Both the position numbers and the translations under genes were made by a program. Below are positions 45,592 through 53,812 of a stretch of DNA of 53,812 nucleotides, piece by piece. The notes under the pieces are model-generated. The model saw nothing but the letters and a program-made list of their open reading frames with translations. It made no database searches and had not been told where the DNA came from. Each line of letters starts with the position of its first letter. Within the stretch, counting starts at the first letter, position 1. The stretch is from an uncultured archaeon (lineage in GTDB: Archaea; Asgardarchaeota; Thorarchaeia; Thorarchaeales; Thorarchaeaceae): contig CAZLEV010000002.1 in the NCBI GenBank assembly GCA_964558645.1, forward strand, positions 409,450-463,261, written 5' to 3'.

Positions 45592-46515
45592 TTGAGTTTG
45601 AAAGGTAGAAGCTTCATAGACCTGTATGATTTCAAGCGACATGAGCTACGAAAGATTTTGGACACTGCCCATGATCTTAAGAGGAAGCAGAAGCGTGGAG
45701 AACCCCACGAACTCCTGAAGGGCAAGTCTCTGGCGATGATTTTCATGAAGTCCTCGACCAGAACAAGGGTTTCTTTCGAAGTAGGCATGACCCAGCTGGG
45801 AGGACATGCACTCTATCTGTCCCCCTCAGGAACCCAGCTCGGGAGAGGCGAGACCATAGGAGATACTGCCCAAGTACTAAGCAGGTATTGCTCGGGGATA
45901 ATGGCTCGCGTATATGGTCACGATGAGATCAAGGGTCTTGCGGAGCATGCGACAGTGCCTGTGATAAACGGGCTATCAGACCTCTTGCATCCATGTCAGA
46001 TTATGGCGGATATGCTGACCATTGAGGAACACAAAGGAGCCCTTGAGAGGCTGAAGATCACCTATGTGGGAGATTCGAACAATGTCAGCAACTCGATCAT
46101 GCAAGGCTGCACAATCATGGGCATGGATGTCACGATTGGCTCGCCGAAGGGGTATACCCCTGATGCACCTATCATGAAGAGGGCAAACGAACTGAGCGAG
46201 AGATATGATACAACTCTAGAAGTTGTCAATGACCCTATTGAGGCCGTGAAGAATGCGGATGTGATTTACACTGATACCTTCTTCAGCATGGGTCAGGAGA
46301 GAGATAAGAAGAAGGAAGAAGAGCTTATGGCCTTCCAACTGAATCAGAAGCTAGTGAATGCTGCAAGGAAGCATGTCATTGCCATGCACTGCCTGCCGGC
46401 CCATCGAAATGAGGAGATAACTGATGAGGTCATGGATGGTCCGCATTCAGTCATCTTTGACCAAGCCGAGAACAGGCTACATGCACAGAAAGCGATTCTT
46501 GCTCTCATTATGTAG
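45592..46515 (+). CDS. argF: Ornithine carbamoyltransferase
   Basis: STRTR, HPCQ, SMG, HCLP; TTG start inferred. Confidence 0.95.
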   Translation: MSLKGRSFIDLYDFKRHELRKILDTAHDLKRKQKRGEPHELLKGKSLAMIFMKSSTRTRVSFEVGMTQLGGHALYLSPSGTQLGRGETIGDTAQVLSRYCSGIMARVYGHDEIKGLAEHATVPVINGLSDLLHPCQIMADMLTIEEHKGALERLKITYVGDSNNVSNSIMQGCTIMGMDVTIGSPKGYTPDAPIMKRANELSERYDTTLEVVNDPIEAVKNADVIYTDTFFSMGQERDKKKEEELMAFQLNQKLVNAARKHVIAMHCLPAHRNEEITDEVMDGPHSVIFDQAENRLHAQKAILALIM

Positions 46516-46526
46516 AGGGAGAGGTA

Positions 46527-47486
46527 TTGTCTGTAGAGGTCATCTCAATAGGCAGAATAAACGTCGACGTGTGTATGCATGTGGACAGTCTGCCCGAGGC
46601 AAACAGACACACCATAGCCCGCAAGGGGCACATCACGTTTGGTGGTTCGGCAACTAACTTCGCTGCGCAGATGGCAAAGTTCGGTATAAGAGTCGGATTG
46701 CTAGGTTGTGTCGGTGATGACCTCTATGGACATCAAATCATCAAGGACCTCTCCAAGATCGGTGTTGATACTCGCTCGGTTCTTGTTCTCGATAAGAAGG
46801 CAACAGGAATATTCACTATCATCGAAGACAACCAAGGCAATAGACAGATAGTTGTTGAGCCTGGAGCCAACAAGTTCATAGAGAAGCAACTGCTAGAGGA
46901 TGTTTCTCTCTCAAAGACACGGACAATCCATGTAGCTGGTGGCTTTCCCGATATCATTGAGAGAGCAATTGAGATGACAACTACACACGGGATGGTCTTC
47001 TCTCTCGACCCCGGCCGAGCAGCTAGCAATATTGACTTTGAGAGAGTATTACCCCATACAGATCTACTCTTTGTGAATGAAGAAGAGCTTGGGCAGTATT
47101 TTGGTGTAGAGGCAAGAGAGGACACAATCAAAACATTCGCCAAGACATTCCCCGGTATTGTTATCGTGAAAAGAGGGGCACAGGGCGCGATTGCCACTGA
47201 CGGATTCGAGTATTCTGTCTCGAGAGCGTTTCCTGTGGATGTTGTCGACACTCTTGGTGCGGGAGACTCTTTCGCGTCCGGATTTGTCATGGCATGGACG
47301 AGGTCTGAACGAGTACATCAGGCTCTGAATGTGGCAAACGCAGCTGCTGCAATAACTGTCACGAGAACAGGGGCACACAAGGGGCAGCCAGACCTTAATG
47401 AGACCGCGGATTTCCTTGCGCAATACGGAGTCAACATAGAGCCGGTACTCAGGACGTTTCGTCGGAAACGAAGACGGCGACGGTAA
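46527..47486 (+). CDS. PfkB/ribokinase family carbohydrate kinase
   Basis: GGSATN, VDTLGAGDSF. Confidence 0.9.
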   Translation: MSVEVISIGRINVDVCMHVDSLPEANRHTIARKGHITFGGSATNFAAQMAKFGIRVGLLGCVGDDLYGHQIIKDLSKIGVDTRSVLVLDKKATGIFTIIEDNQGNRQIVVEPGANKFIEKQLLEDVSLSKTRTIHVAGGFPDIIERAIEMTTTHGMVFSLDPGRAASNIDFERVLPHTDLLFVNEEELGQYFGVEAREDTIKTFAKTFPGIVIVKRGAQGAIATDGFEYSVSRAFPVDVVDTLGAGDSFASGFVMAWTRSERVHQALNVANAAAAITVTRTGAHKGQPDLNETADFLAQYGVNIEPVLRTFRRKRRRRR

Positions 47487-47567
47487 TGCTCCAGTAATAC
47501 CCACGTAGTATTCCACTTTTTGATAGCATAATCCCCCGATATTAATTGACATTAGAAGGTGTGAGTT

Positions 47568-48707
47568 ATGCATCCACTACTCGAAGAAGTACTAAATGGT
47601 TCATCAGGATCTCGACGGGACTCCCAGAGTGGAAAGAGCCCAAGGCGATCTGGCATGGGTGCCACAACGGATGAAGAGCTGGCCGACCTGCTTGAAACAG
47701 TAAATGCGAGAATACTGGTAGTTGGAGTAGGTGGGGCGGGAAATAATGCCGTCACTCGTCTCATGGAGGTGGGGGTTGAGGGAGCAGAGACTATGGCAGC
47801 AAACACTGATGCACAAGACTTGTACTTCAGCAATTCACACCACAAACTGCTACTCGGAAGAGAATGTTGCGGAGGGCTTGGAGCTGGAAACGATCCGGAT
47901 GTGGGGGAGAACGCCGCAATCGAATCCTATGAAGTCATCAAAGATGTAGTCCGAGGGGATCTCATTTTTATCACAGCAGGAATGGGAGGAGGCACAGGAA
48001 CAGGGGCTGCACCACAAATAGCCAAGGCTGCAAAGGAGAACGGGGCGCTAACTGTGGCGATTGTCTGCCTTCCGTTTGATGTCGAGGGAGCCACGCGTAA
48101 GAAGAACGCCACTCGGGGATTGAATGCCCTGATGGAGCATGTGGATACCTTGATTGCCATACCAAACGAGAAACTCCTCGAGATTGCACCGGATCTCTCT
48201 CTTCCGGAGGCCTTCATGGTGGCAGATGAAGTATTGGTCAGGGCAGTCAAGGGTATTGCAGAGCTCATTTCTAGGCCAGGACTAGTCAACCTTGATTTTG
48301 CAGATGTCAGAACGACTATGCGAAACGGGGGAGTGTCAATAATCGCTCTTGGAGAAGGGCAGGGAGAGGAACGGGCTGAGGAGGCGGTCTATAATGCTCT
48401 TCGTAACCCGCTGATTGACGTTTCAATTGAGAATGCGCGGAATATCCTGGTTAACGTGAGCGGCAGCGCAGACCTGCAGCTCTGTGAGGCGAAAAAGGTA
48501 GTACAGCTTGTCACAGAACAGGTGAATCCAGGAGCCGAGGTAATCTACGGTGCCTTGATCATACCTGAACTCGAGGATAGACTGAGAGTCACAATCATCG
48601 CTTCGGGTGTGAGTTCACCTTACGTCTTTGATTCGGGGTCCGAACCTGTTACACCACTAGCAGAAGACCTGAAAGCGGAACTTGGCATTACTCGACTTGA
48701 CGAGTAA
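47568..48707 (+). CDS. ftsZ: Cell division protein FtsZ
   Basis: GVGGAGNN, GMGGGTGTG, NLDFADV. Confidence 0.96.
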   Translation: MHPLLEEVLNGSSGSRRDSQSGKSPRRSGMGATTDEELADLLETVNARILVVGVGGAGNNAVTRLMEVGVEGAETMAANTDAQDLYFSNSHHKLLLGRECCGGLGAGNDPDVGENAAIESYEVIKDVVRGDLIFITAGMGGGTGTGAAPQIAKAAKENGALTVAIVCLPFDVEGATRKKNATRGLNALMEHVDTLIAIPNEKLLEIAPDLSLPEAFMVADEVLVRAVKGIAELISRPGLVNLDFADVRTTMRNGGVSIIALGEGQGEERAEEAVYNALRNPLIDVSIENARNILVNVSGSADLQLCEAKKVVQLVTEQVNPGAEVIYGALIIPELEDRLRVTIIASGVSSPYVFDSGSEPVTPLAEDLKAELGITRLDE

Positions 48708-48805
48708 GCTTTGTGCACTCAGCAAGGGTTAAAAGCGAGCCCTCGGGATTGCAGACTGCTACACAGCTAGGACCATGTTGTTCCTGCACAGGAAGTTGAA
48801 CGCAA

Positions 48806-48988
48806 ATGGGTGTCGGCAGTTTCATCAACGATAGCAGAAGAATCTTGAAGCTTGCAACCAAGCCCTCTCGGAAGGAGCTCTGGATGAGCACAAAGATCAC
48901 TCTGCTTGCTATGGTTCTTGTGGGAATGCTTAGCTTCATTGTACAAGTATTGATGACGCTAGTGACCTCACAGTGGACAGGTAGCTAA
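48806..48988 (+). CDS. secE: Protein translocase SecE/Sec61-gamma
   Basis: RILKLATKPSRKE plus TM. Confidence 0.92.
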   Translation: MGVGSFINDSRRILKLATKPSRKELWMSTKITLLAMVLVGMLSFIVQVLMTLVTSQWTGS

Positions 48989-49023
48989 ATTAGCCCACAA
49001 GTTGCGGCTTGGAGGTCTTTTGT

Positions 49024-49680
49024 TTGAGAGGAAAGAGCAGTATCTATGCAATAAGAACCACAATCGGCCAGGAGAAGTCAGTCACTGACCTCATCACCAC
49101 AGCAGTCACCGGTGAGGGAGATGTATGGGAGTGCCCGTTCTGTGGAGAACCCTTCTCAACCAGAAAAGACACCTTGAAGCATATGAAGAAATGTCAAGAG
49201 AAGAAGGGCAAGGGAGAACCAAGGCTTGTGTCGGAGAACCAGCTACTGGGACGAGTCAAGGCAATACTTGTGCCTGAGACCCTCCGAGGATATGTGTTTC
49301 TCGAAACAGAGGAGTTCAGAGATGTCGAGATTGCCATCTCGGGAGTGCCACATGTGCGGGGACGTGTCCACGGTAAGGTGACTTTTGATGAGATTGACAA
49401 GTTCCTCGTGCCGAAGCCAGCTGCAGAAGGTATCAACATAGACGATGTTGTTGAGATCATATCTGGCCCATTCAAGGGAGAACGGGCAAAAGTAGCTAGG
49501 GTTGATACGTCGAAAGAGGAACTCATTCTAGAGCTGCTGGATAGTCCACACACCATTCCCATTCGTGTCCATGCGGACTTTGCCAAGATTGTTGAAAAGG
49601 CAAGACCGGAAGAGGAGGAAGAAGAGGGAGAGGGTGCGAGAGAGGAAACCGACCAGCTTGATTCCTTCTGGTCACGTTGA
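49024..49680 (+). CDS. spt5: Transcription elongation factor Spt5 with zinc-finger insertion
   Basis: YAIRTTIGQE, LRGYVFLE, KOW VEIISGPFKGE. Confidence 0.93.
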   Translation: MRGKSSIYAIRTTIGQEKSVTDLITTAVTGEGDVWECPFCGEPFSTRKDTLKHMKKCQEKKGKGEPRLVSENQLLGRVKAILVPETLRGYVFLETEEFRDVEIAISGVPHVRGRVHGKVTFDEIDKFLVPKPAAEGINIDDVVEIISGPFKGERAKVARVDTSKEELILELLDSPHTIPIRVHADFAKIVEKARPEEEEEEGEGAREETDQLDSFWSR

Positions 49681-49948
49681 GCCCTCCTTTTGGTGTGAAG
49701 CTCGTCCCCTTTGTGACTGACCCCAGATTGCCATCTGTCAAGTCCATAATGCTTAAAACAGCATCAGATTGCAAAAGCAGGTACCTCTTAATCTGACCTG
49801 AGCGCAAGACGCTCACGTCCGGGGTGAAAAAAAGTGATAATGCATGCAGTAGACCTTGTTGGATACATATCTAATTTTGTCCATAAGGTCGACCGAATGG
49901 CTCGCGAACTGTTTGAGCCGGAGCACTGCATCAGGAGAAGTGAATAGA

Positions 49949-50455
49949 TTGAGTCAACAAGAGATCAAAGTAGAGGCCATCGTGGAAGGTGGAAAGGCGT
50001 CAGGGGGCCCGCCCATTGGTCCCGCTTTGGGACCAACAGGTGTGAACATATTCCAGGTTGTTCAGAAGATCAATGAAGCAACCAAGGAATTTGCTGGTCT
50101 TAAGGTACCTGTTACTATCATTGTGGACCCGCAGTCCAAGGAATTCGAGGTGGAGGTGGGAATCCCACCCACAAGTGCACTGATTCTGAAAGAACTTGAT
50201 GCACCGCAGGGGTCAAGTACTCCGAATACCGATTATGTGGGCGATTTAAGCATAGAGCAAGTGAAGAATGTTGCCAGAGCGAAAGCAATGGACTTGACTG
50301 CTCTCGATATGAAGACAGCAGCCATGATTGTTTCTGGAACCTGTGTATCCATGGGTGTCACAGTTGAGGGAAAGACGGCCAAGGAATTCCAGCAGGAAGT
50401 CCGAGAGGGGAAATGGGATGAACAACTTGATGAACCGCTGCGGGAGGGCAAATAG
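49949..50455 (+). CDS. rpl11: 50S ribosomal protein uL11
   Basis: GGKASGGPPIGPALGP, GTCVSMGV. Confidence 0.96.
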   Translation: MSQQEIKVEAIVEGGKASGGPPIGPALGPTGVNIFQVVQKINEATKEFAGLKVPVTIIVDPQSKEFEVEVGIPPTSALILKELDAPQGSSTPNTDYVGDLSIEQVKNVARAKAMDLTALDMKTAAMIVSGTCVSMGVTVEGKTAKEFQQEVREGKWDEQLDEPLREGK

Positions 50456-50457
50456 AG

Positions 50458-51120
50458 ATGTCATTCAATCAAGATGCCATTGGGGAAGCCATTTCTGAGG
50501 CACGGACGAAGGGTAATGAGCGAGGTATCAACTTCGAACAGAGTTTCGACCTTGCTGTGAACTTCAGAAGTAAAGAGTTGGACGTTTCAAAGCCCGAGAA
50601 CAGGTTCAATCAGGAACTCGCCCTACCGAACAGGCTCTACCCGCCCTCCAAGATCTGCGCATTCGGCGATGGCGAGTTTGCCGAGAACGCAAGAGCAGCC
50701 GGCGTGGACAATGTGGTGTCAAAGGATGATATTCCAGCTATCGGAGAAGAGAAAAAGGATCGCAAGTCCTTGGCGAAGAACCACGACTTCTTCATAGCCG
50801 CCACAGATAGTATGCCGTTGGTTGGAAGATATCTCGGTCAGGTACTCGGTTCGCGCGGCAAGATGCCAAGACCATTCCCCCCTCAGGCAGATCTGAGCAA
50901 TGTTGTCCAGCAATATCAACGCACAGTAAGAATCAAGATGCGAAACACGCCCACCTTTCATGTGAAGGTCGGCCACGAGAAGATGGACGATGCGGAGATT
51001 GCCGAAAACATTGTAGCAGTCTTGGACTTTGTCGACAGCAAGGGTCTCATTGAGAAGGTTAGCAGTGTGGTTGTGAAGACCACAATGGGACCTCCTGTTG
51101 AAGTGAGCTCCTGGAGGTAG
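50458..51120 (+). CDS. rpl1: 50S ribosomal protein uL1
   Basis: LGSRGKMP, VKTTMGPP. Confidence 0.95.
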   Translation: MSFNQDAIGEAISEARTKGNERGINFEQSFDLAVNFRSKELDVSKPENRFNQELALPNRLYPPSKICAFGDGEFAENARAAGVDNVVSKDDIPAIGEEKKDRKSLAKNHDFFIAATDSMPLVGRYLGQVLGSRGKMPRPFPPQADLSNVVQQYQRTVRIKMRNTPTFHVKVGHEKMDDAEIAENIVAVLDFVDSKGLIEKVSSVVVKTTMGPPVEVSSWR

Positions 51121-51126
51121 AACGAC

Positions 51127-52140
51127 ATGTCACTAGAGAATCACGAGATACCACAATGGAAAAAGGATGTAGTCAACGAGCTGGTCGGAAACATAGAGAA
51201 CAGCAAGATGATTGGCCTTGTGAATGTTGAGGGTGTCGGGGCAAAGCAATTGCATGGAATCAGGGAGAGTCTTCGTGGGTCTGCCAAGATACAGATGGCA
51301 CGGAACACTCTGATGAAGAGAGCGATTGAGAACGCCAAGACCGACGGGATTGAAAAGATAGAGAACCATGTGAGAGGGCCGGTCGCATTCGTGTTCAGCG
51401 AACAGGATCCGTTCATCCTAAGTAAGTTTCTCAGCGAGAACAAGGCCCAAGCCCCCGCAAAGGGAGGGCAAGTTGCGTCCAAGGACATCATCGTGCCTGC
51501 AATGAACACGGGAGTAGCACCCGGGCCATTCATCAGTGAATTAGCAGCTCTGCAGATACCTTCTCGCGTCAAGGGAGGCGTCATTCATGTCACGGAGGAC
51601 ACGGTTGCCGTGGAAGCCGGAGAGGTCATATCGAATGCTATGGCCCAGATGCTCGCCCGTCTTGGAATTGAGCCGATGGAGCTTCAGCTGAAGCTCATTG
51701 CTGCTTACAGCGACGGGGTCGTCTTGACAGGTGAAGCCCTAGAAGTTGACCTTGAAGATCTCTTCAAACAGGTCATAGCCGGACATCAGTACGCAATCAA
51801 TCTGTCCATCAATGCCGGGTACCCGACTACAGACACGGTACCGATGATAATTGCCAAGGCCAACATCGAAGCGAAGAGCCTCGCGCTCAACATCGGCTTC
51901 TTTGAACCGGACTTGGTCAATGCGTTCCTTGGCAAGGCAAACTCCGAGGCTCTAGCATTGGCAGCTCTTGTGGCTGGTAAGAATCCTGAGGCTGTCCCCT
52001 CAGATGTTCTCAGTCAGGTCAAGAGTGCAGCCGCTGCAAGTGTGCCAAGCGCACCTACAGAACAGCCTGAGGAGGAAGCTGAGGACAAGGAAGACGAAGA
52101 AGATGAAGCTGTAGCAGGCCTAGGCGGTCTGTTCGGATAA
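51127..52140 (+). CDS. rpl10: 50S ribosomal protein uL10 (P0)
   Basis: IPQWKK, ARNTL, acidic tail GLGGLFG. Confidence 0.96.
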   Translation: MSLENHEIPQWKKDVVNELVGNIENSKMIGLVNVEGVGAKQLHGIRESLRGSAKIQMARNTLMKRAIENAKTDGIEKIENHVRGPVAFVFSEQDPFILSKFLSENKAQAPAKGGQVASKDIIVPAMNTGVAPGPFISELAALQIPSRVKGGVIHVTEDTVAVEAGEVISNAMAQMLARLGIEPMELQLKLIAAYSDGVVLTGEALEVDLEDLFKQVIAGHQYAINLSINAGYPTTDTVPMIIAKANIEAKSLALNIGFFEPDLVNAFLGKANSEALALAALVAGKNPEAVPSDVLSQVKSAAAASVPSAPTEQPEEEAEDKEDEEDEAVAGLGGLFG

Positions 52141-52156
52141 GAAAAACTACGAGGTA

Positions 52157-52468
52157 ATGACAATGGAATATGTATACGCAGCACTTCTGCTCCACAAGGC
52201 TGGTCAGGAGATCAAGAACGATAACATGGAATCCGTCTTGACCGCAGCCGGTGTTAAGCCAGACAAGGGTAGAATCAAGGCACTTCTAGCTGCCCTGGAA
52301 GGTGTCAACATCGACGAGGCGCTCTCCAGTGCAGCAGCCATGCCTGTCGCGGCACCATCAGCTGGTGCAACCGGTACGGCCGCTGAGGCTGAAGAGGAGA
52401 AGAAGGAAGAAGAAGAGGAAGAAGAGGAAGAGGAATTCACTGCAGGTCTTGGTAGCCTATTCGGCTAG
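52157..52468 (+). CDS. rpl12: 50S ribosomal protein aL12 (P1)
   Basis: [18 protein letters not shown]. Confidence 0.96.
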   Translation: MTMEYVYAALLLHKAGQEIKNDNMESVLTAAGVKPDKGRIKALLAALEGVNIDEALSSAAAMPVAAPSAGATGTAAEAEEEKKEEEEEEEEEEFTAGLGSLFG

Positions 52469-52507
52469 TAACCTAGTGACAGGCTCTAGACTTTCTTCAC
52501 AGTTGAG

Positions 52508-52556
52508 AGAGTGGGCGGGTCGCAAATCCGCCTGCTCGCAAAATCCCTTTTGTTTT
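52508..52556 (+). terminator. Hairpin plus T-rich tract after the r-protein operon
   Basis: GAGTGGGCGGG-TCGCAAA-TCCGCCTGCTC followed by CCCTTTTGTTTT. Confidence 0.5.
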
Positions 52557-52604
52557 GCCTGATTTTCGATAGAATGATATTCAACGGAGCGCATTCCAGT
52601 CTCT

Positions 52605-52961
52605 GTGAAGATAGTATATCATCCAATGATGAAAAAATCATATGATAGTACGCCGGCAGGTGCGCAGGGTAGACTGGATACTGCCGTCAAGGCACTGAGC
52701 TCAGCACATGGGTATGAGTTCATCGAGCCTAAACCGGCAACCAAGGAAGAACTCAGTCTGGCTCATTCATCACGACATATCGAGTCTGTCAAGCGGGAGA
52801 GCGATTCCAGGCATAGCGGAAGGTTATACAATATTGCACTTCTTGCAGCCGGCGGGGCAATCAAGACTGCACGCATTGCCGCCCGTGGTGAACCATGTTT
52901 CGGGCTTGTCAGACCACCGGGGCATCATGCATCCTATGACGGGTTGCAGACAGCAGCCTAG
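52605..52961 (+). pseudogene. Histone deacetylase family protein, N-terminal fragment
   Basis: EELSLAHS..HI, AAGGAI, RPPGHHA, then an abrupt end where IS607-like sequence begins. Confidence 0.82.
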
Positions 52962-53430
52962 AAGTTGGACAAGATTGGACATTTATTAGATAGTTGTCTA
53001 AGGTCACGCTATATATTCCATATCACAGGCCGCCCTCCGTCTGGGCGTGTGCACCAGAATTATCCGCTGCTGGGATGCCCGCGGGCTCATCCACTGCCGT
53101 CGCACTCCCGGCAACCACCGCCGCATTACTCCCGCTGAGGTGGACCGCCTTCTTTGTGTCTTGCACAGGTCAGTACGGGAGCATCCGGTCACGAGACACT
53201 GTGCCATCTATGCCAGAGTCTCAGGACATCGTCAGAAGACTGATGGTGACCTGGACAGGCAGCTCAAGACCCTGACTCTGGAGTGGAGGACCCGCTTCAG
53301 GAGCAGCCCCATGGTCTTCAGTTACACCGGCTCCGGCCTCAACTTGCGACGGAGAGGGCTGCAGCCCCTTCTCGCTCCCTCCCATCCTGTCGTACATGAT
53401 GGCAAGGTTGGTTAGGGTATCCTGACTATG
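52941..53430 (+). mobile_element. IS607-family remnant: left end and frameshifted/truncated tnpA serine recombinase
   Basis: MerR-type HTH (YSISQAALRLGV..WD..RTPGNHRR) plus AIYARVS..QK..DLDRQ..GSGLN; TTGGACA repeats at 52965 and 52975, TTAGATA at 52986. Confidence 0.8.
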
Positions 53431-53812
53431 ACCTTCTCTTCGGACATCACGGGAGAGAATCGGATTTGGTCGTGTTGTGTATACCTTTGTCCAATGTGGG
53501 AACGCAATGAGGGTTATCCACTGTATCTGTGACTGCTGGGGCGTTCTTAGGCCGTGATAGCCATAACACGACACCCTGACCATCGTCTGCATCGAGAAGA
53601 CCTCAAAGAGGGCCCGGGATCGTATGAGGTACAACTTATGATAGTCCTAACCCAATGCTACCTGCGGGTTGGGAATACGTCCCGACCGGTCAGAACTGAA
53701 GAGGAGACACTAGCTGTCATGAACGCGATCCAGTGGATTTCGGATGAGTCGGAGAAACATGACCCTGAAGAGTATCCTCAGCGGGATGGGTACCGGCAAG
53801 CGCCTGCTCTCC

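Noticed and set aside
53430-53812. Possible tnpB or HDAC remainder after the IS607 tnpA
   Set aside because: No recognisable motifs in any frame.

Overview
Archaeal chromosomal window, most likely an Asgard archaeon (Thorarchaeota-like). This is inferred from a eukaryote-type topoisomerase IB, a longin-like protein, BHB-intron tRNAs and archaeal r-protein operons. 1-16.3 kb holds housekeeping and hypothetical genes, including tRNA-Val(GAC) with one intron and tRNA-Gly(GCC) with three non-canonical introns. About 16.6-35.5 kb is an accessory region built around tRNA-Gly(TCC), present as a 3' fragment at 16.7 kb, an intact gene at 23.5 kb and a 5' fragment with leader at 30.2 kb. This region carries a 1527-aa nuclease and a TnpB with the Fanzor-type rearranged RuvC site. 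It has two covarying copies of an omegaRNA-like scaffold, each followed by a different 34-35 nt segment and then the tRNA-Gly 3' end, and a ~60-bp-period TGGAAGG/hairpin array. It also has putative defence nucleases and an archaeocin-like gene with two paralogous immunity-like genes. 36-40 kb holds metabolic and membrane genes. 40-52.5 kb is the conserved archaeal nep1 / rnp4-rps19e-rpl39e-rpl31e-aIF6-rplX-pfdA-ftsY and ftsZ-secE-spt5-rpl11-rpl1-rpl10-rpl12 cluster. The window ends in an HDAC gene truncated by an IS607 remnant. All assignments are by eye from motifs; no searches were run.
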